Part shown: one piece after another, positions 1-12,100 of the stretch
Layout: every line of letters starts with the position of its first letter
How positions within the stretch are numbered: position 1 is the stretch's first letter
DNA from: Magallana gigas
Taxonomy: Eukaryota
Assembly (NCBI RefSeq): GCF_963853765.1
Contig: NC_088858.1
Coordinates: 30,008,001-30,072,000, forward strand
Direction of reading: 5' to 3'
DNA: 64,000 bases
Made by a program: the position numbers and the translations under genes
The notes under the pieces: generated by a model
Told to the model about the DNA's origin: nothing
Databases searched by the model: none
Seen by the model: only the letters and a program-made list of their open reading frames with translations

Positions 1-150
1 ATTTTAAAATGTTTTAAGTTGACCCTAGATTCTGCATTTTAAATAAGGCAAAACTCTGGAATTTTGATTAAAAGATAAAAAAATGCCAGTTGTTCGCCAG
101 TGGTTTTTTGCAAATCATTTATTTTACATAAGGCGAATAAATGTATTCAG

Positions 151-3100
151 GCATCAATTCATACAAATAGCTCTGTTTATACAGGAGTTGTATCAGTACC
201 ACCAGAATGTGCTTCAGCTTGAGACCAAAGGTATCACACAGCCGCGCTCTCCCCGTGTTCTCACCACACAGCTGCTACAGACACTGCTGTCCATTCTACA
301 ACAGAAGCCCGTCCTTGGCCACACACTACTACAGTCTCTCAATGCTAAATCAGAACACGAACAGTACAAGAAAAACAACAAAGTATTACAGCTTCTCTAC
401 ATCAAAGCCATCAGTGGAGTATTGGATAAGATCTCACATCCCACTCACCCTGTGCTGGAAACTGAAGGAAATTTATCTAAAAATGAAGTGGAGAATCCAG
501 TATCATCTTTGGATAATAACCTGCAGAGTTTATATCAGATCCTTTCAATGTTTAATCCCAATTCCTATGAAAATTACTCTGAAATTCGAGAGATTTTTGG
601 CAGATTGCTGGAACTATCTGGGGGAGAAATACCTAAACTTAACAGGAAATCATTGCTATCTGCTCTTATTGGGGGAAAAGAAAATTATTTGGTACTGGAG
701 TTTCTCAAGTTGGAATATGAGATTTATGTAAAGACCAATGGTTTTCCGCCCAATATTCGTGATGATGATGCCACAGAAGAGACCAAAGTCATGTTGAAGG
801 TTTCAAAAGAAAACGATGTCAGGGAAAGAATGCATCATATGTTTTTGCGGTGTTACATCAACAAAGAGCATTTTCTTTATACTGTTGTGGTAAGAAAATT
901 GGGCTGTTAAAAAGAAACAAAGGGAAGGAAAGGACATCCATATTTAAAATACAATTATGTTAATGTCATACTCAGCATTAAACAGCTAGAGAAAATGATG
1001 TAAAAACCTTTTCTTGTAATTTTTTTTACAGAACACAGCAATTCTGTTGATAAAGCATGGGCTATTTGAGGACTTGAGTCAGCTGCTAGCATCAGCCAAG
1101 TTTGATCACTTGAGACCATTTCTGCTTCTCCATGGATGGTCTTATTGTCATTCCTGTGCCCAAGCAAAACTCTTGCTGGACACTCTGAAAACTGAACAGG
1201 TATTAACATAACGGAAATAGATGTCAGTTAGAAGGCAATGGTGTTAGATAGATAATACAATGGTGATAAATAGCTGTAAAAAATTAAAGTTTGTGTAATT
1301 AATTTGTTTTGCTCAATGTAGTGGAAAAGTTCCCACCCTGTGCTGGAGAGTGCATGTGGAAAGCTGTCCTACCAGATTGACCTCATCCAGTGGTGTCTGG
1401 ACTGGACAAAGTATGTTTGTAAATCTACAAGATAAATACATGTACTACTTTAAATGTCCCAGTAATCATGGAATAATATTAAGCATTTTAGAGTTATGAT
1501 TGTTTGTGGGAAGCTCAGTTTTTTTGTGTAAATGGTGGGTAACAAAAATCCAGTTCTTTTTTTCCCTCTTTCAACAGTCATTTATACACCCTGAACAGTA
1601 GCTTGGCACCAATAAAATTACTATTTCTTTAAGCAAAATTTTGGTTTTTTTGGTGGTGATGGAGGGGAAGAGGGGAGGGTAACAGTACTCTTGCAAGCAT
1701 GATAACGAATGAGCTGTAAACATTCATGATGACTGATTGATACATGCTAAAGTATTTGCATTGCTTTTGTAAGGCCACTATTGCCTGTTTCTGAGAAAGG
1801 TCAAGCCAGTTCCAATCAGCGAGCAGCAGACATGTTTACAGGGCTGGAAAACCACTCAGTATTGTACGTACTGCATCAATCAACTCGTCTCGCTACACTC
1901 GATCAACAAGATGTCCTGAACCTGCTACATAAAAGTCCTCTTCAGAACAACCCTGGTAAAGCACAGTACTTTTTCAGTCCATTTTTTCAAAACTGCAATT
2001 TTGTTGATGCAACTTCATCTTACATACGTAATTAATTAGACCTATAAATACTTACTGTAAATGATTATATTTAGCATGATTGTACAATATTTGGCAAAAA
2101 ATGGTTTTCCAACAAGTTATAGTAGATTTGAATTAGTGTTTATTGCAATGTCCCAATTCTTATGTGTTCACACTTGACATTTAGCGAGGACTTGATTAAG
2201 CGGGAGTGTCTTTCAGTCAAAACACCGAAAGGAATACAAAGCCAAATGTAATATGTTAGTAGTACCCAGGGTTTTATCTTTTTATAATGCTATAAAACCA
2301 CCAGAGATATTCTGTCAATAAACTTTCATCCATGTTCAATATTTGACTTTTAAGCTCATCTGAGCTAAAAGCTCAAATGAGCTTAACTGATCACTTTTTG
2401 TCTAGTATACATATGTCTGTTCATTTGTAAACCTTTTGCATTTTTGGCTTCTCCAGAACCACCTGGCCAATTTCAGCTTAACTTGGCACAAAGCATAATT
2501 GGGTAAAGGGGATTTCAATTCTGTTAAATGAAGGGCTACATCCTCTTTCAAGGGAGATAATTAAGAAATATTGAAAGCATGTATGAAAGCATCCAATGGT
2601 AAGGTAGATTCAGGTTTGTTCAAATCATGATCATGAGGGTAGGGTTGGGCCGCAATTGGGGATTAATTTTTACATAGTTATATATAAAGTAAAATTCTAA
2701 CAAAAATCTTCTATAAAACCAATTGGCCAGAAAAGCTGTAACTTGTGTGGAAGCATCCGTAGGTTGTATAGATTCAAGTTTATCCAAATCATAACCCCCT
2801 TGGGTTTGGTTGGGTCACAATAGGATTGGGAGTCAAATTTTTACATAGGTAAAAAAATTGAAAAATTCATGTGTTATAGAATATGGTATTACTTATATCC
2901 AAATCCAAGTATCTTGAAATTTGTTGACCATTCTCAATTATTGTTAAGAAGGTGGCCCCTGAAGGATTTTTTGGCCACACAAGGTTTATATTTAAAAGAA
3001 CAGTTGTTATTTTTAGATCTTCCTGAGAACTGAAATGCTCAATATGTGATATTGTATACTAGGAATCATTACAATGTTTCAACAATGTTTAACATAAGAA

Positions 3101-6100
3101 TAGCTGGAGAAAATTTTGAAAATCTTTTTATACAGAATCTGTTTTACTATTTTGTTCCGATATTTTGTATATGATCTTTAAAGCTGATTTATTATAGCTG
3201 TTGTTGCCCAAGCAAGTGATGTGGCCCATGGGCCTCTTTCTTAATGTTTGAAATGTAAATATTCAATACCAATTCCTTTATGTATACCCACTAATTATTT
3301 TTTTTTAATGATCAATCTGTCATGATTCCACATACCTGTATGAATTTAGTTACATATGTATAAAATATTCACATGCTTTATAATTGTAGATTCAAACAAA
3401 GCTCCAAAGGCAGTGAGGTTTGAGAGAGACAAGGTAATGGATGAAGTTCACATAGAGAGACGAAGAGACATTTCAATCTACACAGGTTACTGTGCAATCA
3501 AAAATGTAATGGATGCAATTTATTTTTGTGCTGAGTGTGTTCATGAAAAACTGGTTAATCCTGTACAAGAATCCAATTCTGTGACTCCCTTGGAACACAT
3601 GATTTCTATCATGCTGTCTTCTGGTGAATCTGGACTTTCTGACACAGGTTACAATTTCCAGGAAGAATACTCTAAAAATGTGACAGAAAAACTCAATGGT
3701 GCCAAAGTCTCCTTAAGTAGACTCCAACCTCTTACATTCAGGACAGAGATTTTAGAAAACATATTTTCTTTGCTTTTTCTTTCCCATGAGGACATTCAGG
3801 AGTCATCAGCTATTTTTGATTCTGACAGTGATATGGAAGATGATGAACGAAGGAGAGGCGATACTATCGTTGGTCATGCAAGTTTGAGTCAGAGTTTATT
3901 GTCGGAGGGAAGCACTTCCTCCCCATCTTATAGTGTAGATGAGAGGACCATGAGTGAGGAAGTCATAGAGGAGGTCAGCTCGAGTTATACTGGGGGCTAC
4001 GATGAACCGTTTGTGGAGGTTGTCTCAGAGGTCAAATCGAAGAGACTGGAAAGATCAGCTAGTCAAGACAGAAGTAGTAGAAGTGCCTATCTAGAGAGAC
4101 TTAACAGTTTAAAGGAAAAATTAGCCCAACAAAAAGGAGGGTCTGGGAATGGAAGTACTATAAGTACTGGGAGTACCAGCAACTGTCAGAAATTAGGCTT
4201 TCTCTGTAATGAATATTTAGTAAGGGACATTCTTTTAATGTTAAAGGAATGCTTGGTTGACCTGACTTCTGCACGGTTTCAATTACTGGGCAAAGAAAAA
4301 GAGACTTTGGGAAAATCTGTAAAGGCGGTCATTGACGTTAGACTTGAGGAGCCTCTTTCTCGTCTTGTTCAGTCAAGCGTGGATAAGGATGCCCTTCAGA
4401 GACATGTGACCCAGCTTCAGCAGTTTGTAAGTGAGGCTCAGTGGAGGTTTCAGTTGGTGTGTCATGAAAATATTCCTCAAACCCCAGGGATGGTGCTGGC
4501 CAAGCCAATCTCTTTTTCTCTTGAGGAAAATGATGAAGAAATGGCTTTTTCACTACAGCAGAAAAATGGACCGACTAAGCGAAACAGGAAGATCTCATCC
4601 TCTTCAAAAGGTATTGTATTTAAATTTAATTGCTGTTGTATTATATTGAATGGGATTTCTTGGTAATTCTGAATGTATCCAATTTTAATTTGGTTATATG
4701 TATGGCAAAGATTTTTTTTTTTGAATATTGAAATGTGCACTTTTAGATCTGAAATAAGTTTTGTTCTGTATTGATATCATCTCAAATTATCCAATGCATT
4801 TATAGAAGTAGGGCATATATGAAATTTGATTTATTTATCAAGAAGCAAAGTAAAATGAGTACATTAATTCATTGATAAGATGCCAAAGATGAAGATAGTA
4901 AGACTTGGAGAAAACCCAAAAGGAAGAGACAAAAATCTGGACAGAGAATACGAAAGTGTCTGGTTCCACAGGGAATTATATCTACCATGCTTTCCTCCCC
5001 TGAAACCCTCCTCAACATGTGTATCCGCAAACAGAACTTTAATCATGCTGCCGAGGTCATCAAGGTGGGTCTTTTCTATCCAATGCTCCGTGGAATTGTT
5101 ATTGCTTTCATGAACCATGAACAGTTTGTTTAACAATACATGTAAATCTTATACGAGACAGTTAATATCTACTCTCAGACTAGTGTTTATTTTGAAAGGA
5201 TATAAAATTGAAAACAATTATGTTAATATCATTCATAAATATTTTTTGTACGTTGTACTTAGTACATGAGATATATTTCCTATTGACACATAATTTTATT
5301 TCTATGTATGCCTTGATTTAAAATACAAATATAATTTTTTTTCCTTTGTAATAGCTGTTAAGACTTGATGATACTCCCCAAGCCAAGGAAGTAAAGTTTG
5401 CTGAAATGTTCTCCAAGAGCTCGAAGAAACTCCAGCAGCTTCCGTCTGGGCAAACTCAGGCTGTAAAACCCGGGAAAATGTCCATGAAAGGTTTGGCCTC
5501 AGTAGCGGCTGCAGGGGTAGCAACAGTTTCTGTGAACAGTGTCGCGGAGGAAATTCTGTCCGAGAAAAACATTCCCATGATCCCAAGTCCAAGGTCAAGA
5601 CATGTTGTTCCTGTGAAATATGCAGATTTTTTCAACCAAAATAACGTTTTTATGATGATTTTATTTGACATGTTGTGTACCTCTTGCAAGTCTTGGGAAA
5701 CTTGCAACAGTCTGATCGACATAATCAAAACAAAGATGGAGGTCAAACCAGTGAAATCTCACAATAGAGATGACAAACAGAAGACGGACAGCAGAATTCA
5801 ATGGATTTCTACTCTGGTGGAAAAGTTTGAGTCTTTGCTTCAGTTGGCAGGAGATATAGACCTGACAGCACCAGCTTCACAGAAAGATGTCCTCACTGTG
5901 TTATACAAACACAGCATTCAGACTTTCCTGCAGACAGCAACTCTGCCCCTTTTAAAGGATGACTGTTTATCTTATGCCAATTTGTTAATAGAAATGAAAA
6001 AAGTCATAGAAAGAACAGAACATGCATTTCAGCTGCATGGCAAAATGCCTTTGGAAGGATACATTCACAAATCTCCGAAGGCTAGTCCAGGATTCAGTCC

Positions 6101-9100
6101 TTTCAAAGTCAGCCCCAGGGATAGCCCTCACAGCAGTCCCAGGCCTTCCCCTAAAACAGAGGACCCCACACAGACAGATAAACCAGTCCTTCACAATGCA
6201 ATGAAACTCTTGATTCATGTGATGCAGAGAGAGGTTCCCAAGGGAGGAGTGTGTACGTTACTGACTGGGTAGGGGTTTTTCAACAAATCTGCATCTAAGT
6301 CACAGATATGTTTTAGCTTTATCAGTGAGAAAACTTTAACTTTAAATACAAATTTAAAGTAACTTTTGGTTTAGATTTTTCTGTCTGAAACAAATTTTTT
6401 ATATATTTATGGGATTTTGATTTTACCCTACAGTTCACCTCCATCTGTGACTGGAAGTAGGGATTATTTACAGAACTTGTATGATCACCTAAAGGGCCTG
6501 GCTTTTGTTGTAGCGGAAACAGAGGCGAAATCTAGTGGTATGATTTCATGTGATTCGTAATTTGACTGTTAGATGCTTTATGTCTTATCTAAGTACCCAT
6601 ACATGTAGTTTTACATTTCACATTTTGCTGGTCACTCACCATTATATATTTACTGAGTATATACCGGGTAATATAATAACCATATATAAAAGTATTGATT
6701 AAATACATGCTTGCTTGTTTTAATTTAAATTTAATTTAATTTCAGATTCCATGATAACACCCAAAAATTACTTTCACATGTTGTCAGAGGGACCAATAGA
6801 GACTTTGGGGAGATTAATGTTTTCTCTGAGAATTTTTCCAGAAAAGTAAGATCATTTTAAACCTATCAATCATTTCAAGATATTAATATATGATTATCAA
6901 TAGGTGCAAATACTTAGCATAAAATTGTTGATAGTACTTTAAAAATCACAACAAATACTTACCAAAAGTTTATTGATACTTAGCATAAGATTTTTGTTAG
7001 TTCTTTAATAATCACAACAAGAATCGTCAAGACTGAACATTTTTGACTGACACCTCTTCTGGAAGAGACATCAGTAAAAAAAAAAAAAAAATCTCAACAA
7101 ATTTTGCTGAGATTAGTTCTTTGACAACATCAGAAGATTTAATCAAAGATCAAATGAACTGTGATGTTCTTGAAGTGAACAGTGAGTCTTTTATTTGCTT
7201 ATAGGTTGGAGAAAGTGGCCAAGAAATTAAGTTTAAGCCTGACCCAGATCATTGTCCAGAGCTGTTGCACCAACATTCCAAGTAAACTCCCACTAAAACA
7301 AGGTACTCAAAGTCATTAAGCACCAACATTGAAAACTACATGTACATTTAGTTCAGTTAATAGTTGAGTGAGGCTATTATGAAGGGTGACATATTAGCTT
7401 GAATAGATTAGTGGTAGAGTTTCTGACTTTGGTAGAATTGCAAGGGTCTGAAGCTCAATTTAGAGTGTCCACCAATTTTATTTTCACCATGTTTTATATT
7501 CTCCCTTACCTGTTATATATATGTACATATAAAGTATTATTATATGACTACGGTCATTGTATTTTTCACATTCAGAATTCTGTATTTAATAGTTTTATTA
7601 GCTGACAATTTATTTTTGCTTACTAGTATTTTTTTTCAACACAAAGAAGTTTCATAATTTATTGTTTTTTAATTTTACAGATATAAGTGAAGATATTTCT
7701 GAGGAAGTATTAGAAAAAAGGGTAAATGTGTCATCAGAGAGTCCGGAAACAGTCGTCCGAAATATTTTAACTCATTTAGTGCATCTAATGAAAGGTGTCT
7801 CGGCAAAGAATAACCCAAAGTGTGTGTTTGACATTTCCTGTGCCAAAATATTGGTAAGGCTACCGGAATACAAGGAGCTTATGGCAGGAATTGAGGCCTT
7901 CAGAGATCTTGATTTAAACTTGTTAAAGTCCAGGAATGAAAAACTGTGTTTCCATGGCAACTTGCAAAATCTTATGTTTCTTCATATGTGCTTGGATGAT
8001 ATTGACAAAGCTACCTCTAATACAAAGGATCTCAGTAACAAAATTTTTTGTGAGGTGTGTGAAATGGAGAAAATTTTACGCATGAATCTTTTCAGTTATA
8101 CCATTGGGCAGCTGGGAAAAGTAAGGTAGAAATCAATTTACTTGCCGCATTTTGATACTTGTAGTTTATGCTGAGAAAAAAAAATATACCTAATGTGTAC
8201 TACCTTTCATGATTCATCTTATACAATCATGTATTTGTAAGTTTTTCACATTAGCTACTTTATCAGAAGCCATTATTATGATATTATAAAATGAATTCAT
8301 TTATATGTTATAAAACACATCTCAGTTTGCTTTGATTCTTTTCCAGCTTGTTCGATTTAAAGTTTGTTCTAAATCGGTTGGGTCTTCCACCCCCAGTAGA
8401 ATTTGGCAACATATTGAGGCGTCGTATGTCTGGTAAATATCTAGGAAATACCTGTACAATCATATCAATTTCAATGATTTAAGCAAAGCGTGTATACAGC
8501 TGACCATGTAGAAAATTAGGAACATATACATTTTATATAACCAAGGTCATCTTTTTTAGATCTGGATAAATGTGACCCTTGGACTAAGTTTGCCTTACAG
8601 CCGGAGCCCCGCCTTCTCTTTGTGACCACTTCCTGTGCTGAGTCCTCACCCCCTCTTCAGGTCAGTACATCTGTCTCCATGCAACCACTGATTTAGATAA
8701 AATTAGTAAATAAAAAAATTATCCATTTAAAATACCCAATTGTACTCGTAAATACAGTTTAAGTACCTGTAATTGCCTTACTGTGTAAGGATAAAGGGAG
8801 TGTATTCATTTTGGCCAGGTTTAGATAGATTTGATTTTCCCTAGAATAGCTATAACATTTAATTTACATTGTAAATCTATGTACAGTAGTGCACTCCTGT
8901 GCATCTTTTATTGTCTTTCAGATTCTAAACCCAGAGCTAGTGAAAAGTCAGCTGCAGTCTGCCATGAAAGAGTATCTTATCCATTGGGTCCAGATTGACA
9001 AGGCTAATAATACAGTATGTGTATACTTTTAAAAAATCCATCCTCTTACTTTTATGTGTAGGCTGAATAATAGATGGTAATTGTAGAATTTTGTGCCTAA

Positions 9101-12100
9101 AAAAATGATGAAAATTGGGGGTGGGAGGTCGGGGGATTCCTTGGACATATACTGGTATGTGTATATGTTCATGTTTATTTTTCATCTTTGTAAGTATGTC
9201 AAAATGAACTAAAGTCAAAGCAATTTGTTTTCTGATTAATTAAGTTTGTTTGCCCCTAAGATCACCCTCCCCGAGCTTCTGATGTGGTACAGACAGGACT
9301 TTAGCAGTGAACAGGAGGTATTCACAGCAGAACACGAGGGGATCCTCCATGTGGTAGAGGGGAACACCACAGGGTCAACACAGGCAGCCCTCAAAGAAAT
9401 GTTACAGATGGACAAGGTTCATGGTTACTCGGAGAGCATAGGTTAGTTGGTTTACCTAAGTTAATGTATTTATATTACTGTATTTATTCCACCCCAAAAT
9501 TGTAATCCTGAATGAAAGTATGCCTGGAAGACTTCATTTTTTTCTTGATGTTTTAAGAAAGAGGGGTGGGGAAATTTTTCTGTTCTTTCCTTTTTTATTT
9601 CCTTTAAAACCTGGGATGCATTTTATAAATTTGAAGAACTTATGACTTAACAAATTAAATAATGCTTATTAATTTCAAACTAATTAATATTTGACTTTAA
9701 TGGGCTGGAAAATATAAAATAGGGTAAATTGATAATTTTATAAATAAATTTTGTTCATCAAAAATCATTCCGCAAGACTGAAAATAATTACGACTTTGTC
9801 GTAAGTTCTTCTGTAAAACACAGCCCAGTTCTCTTTCTTTGGCACCTAAATTCTGTGCATGCCTATTGAATGCTCAATATCTTGTAGATACAACTGGGAG
9901 GAAAGAACTTCCCTTTAAAGTCCGGACTGCCAAATTTCGGAGCCACTTTTTGGTTAAATTTGACAAAGAGTATAGTACTTCGACTTCTGCTTCCTCAACA
10001 CCTACAATGGCCGCTCTCAAAACACATAGACGAGTTACCTCTCTTCCAGAGAATATGGATCTTTCGTTTGAACTCAGTGGTGAAAACAAGAAAAACAGCT
10101 CTATGAAGTATCAGTTAACTCCCGTAACATTGGAATACATCAAGGATGAGAGCCCCCTGGTGGCCACCTTAGTTAGTCTGGTGTGTATGGATGAGCTGGA
10201 CGACATCGAAGAACATCTGAATGTTGACTACTTCACAGGAAGTCTTCGGAGTCGATCCTCCTCAGAGATGAGTCTGGTGGACATTAAGAGCTATAGATAT
10301 CAAAAACTGACTCGAGACTATCCCATACTTAAGGGCCACATTCTAAGCTTTGTGATTCCTGTGGCTGGGGCAGAAGATCCGGAAATTTTGGGAAGTGCAG
10401 ACCCCATTCTAAAATTCATTTCTAACAATATATCAGACAGAGTGAAAGTGTGTATGCTTAATTTACATACCAGCAAGGAGTATCAAGTCACTTTAATGAA
10501 GCTGTTGGAGGATCTGACTAGAAAGGGAAAATGGTGGAATGTGATGTCACTCCTGGAGAGTATACCTATCATGGTTACAAGGAAGCATCCTGACCTCTGT
10601 GTCCTTCATGATTTTGCCTTGACCTGTTGTGTGACAGGCTTGGTCAGAAAAACCCAGCCCTTGACCAGATCTCAGATAGAGAAAACAGTCAGCTGTTTGC
10701 ACAAATTTTTGGACAAGGAATTATTTGTACATTTGTTGATGTCGGTGTACAAGAAGTTGCCCTTAGAAGAGAGTTGTGAACTTTTTGACCTGGCCTACTA
10801 TACACATATACATGAATCTCTGCATTCAGCAGTGAGCACAAAAATCAAGGAGTTGCAAATGTTTCTCAGAGTAAGTTCTTGTAAATTTATAAGGATTATT
10901 TAAAAGTTTTAATTAAGGAAGTGGGTATACGAGGGTCAATCAAAAAATACGAAGACTTTTGTCATAGCTATGCTACTTAATGTCATATCATTACTAAATT
11001 TGGTAGACATAATTTAGCAATAGTTTCAAACAATTTGCAAGAAAAAAGTGAATAAATTCCTTTATTTCTAAGAATTATTTAGAATCTAATCCTGCAAAAA
11101 TGAGATCACGGCACACGGTCAAAATTTTTGTAATGTCAACAATAAATCATATAATGTTGAAAGTAATATCTCAATAAATTGGGCTTCAAACCAAATAATA
11201 TTGAAACCTCAAATTAAGTTTTGTCTTGGTATTCTATGTTCCAAATAATGACGGGATGCATTTTTTTGTCGAACAGATATTAGTAACTAAAGACAGATAG
11301 TCCTCTTTAGAATTGACTAAAAACATCAACGTCGCCGGACATCACGGCGCAACGAGAGGTACAAAAAAATGAATTTAACCCAGGAAAAAGCCGACACAAG
11401 TTTTGAAAATGTTCAATGGTGCAAAAAATAAGTCAACAATTATTTGCAAGTTTGTGTTTAACTGTGATAAATTTTGTGGGGGTGATGGTAATTGTATTTT
11501 GAATATAAAACAGTCCGAAAGAGAGTCGAATATCTGTAAATATTTGGTGAAAAAATAAGTAACGTCAACCGATCGACGTTCGGGGTTATCCTTACTGTAA
11601 ACTAAGAGATACACAGTTAGAAAATGAAAACTTTGAAGAACTAACTTATGATTCTCGAACAAATGTGTGCAAATAAGATGTTAAGTGGTTCAGTGCAATC
11701 TTAAATTGTAAGGAGAACGGCACAAGAGACTAAACAGGATATAAAGATGGGGTATATCTATAAACTGTGCCTGTTTAACTTTAACGTCATGCTTTGAACG
11801 TTACCCTGCACCGTGATGACAAAACATGTTGTTTTTAAAAAGGGGGTAACAAAAATACCGTTTCATCAAATGGACTAAAACTTCGCATATCAATAACATA
11901 AGTGTTGGTGCGCAGATTAATCTGTTAAGTATGACTTTCATGAAAAATGTATGATAGACAGCCACATTGTCTTCGTATTTTTTGATTGACCCTCGTACAT
12001 GTACATGAAGTAGAAAAGCCCAAAATCAATTCTGAGTTTGAATCCCTATTTAGCAGCTTATAACCTAGATATCCCTCTTTACCATTTCAGATTGTTCTTT

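Noticed and set aside
2185-2247. Possible small ZFYVE26 exon
   Set aside because: The phase is incompatible or it hits a stop. Exons ending at 1955 and starting at 3390 already join in frame.
6909-7021. Diverged ~45-bp direct duplication in a ZFYVE26 intron
   Set aside because: It is an ordinary local duplication with no evidence of function.
11375-11662. 95-aa ORF inside the mariner-like element as a possible transposase remnant
   Set aside because: It shows no HTH or DD34D/E-like sequence.
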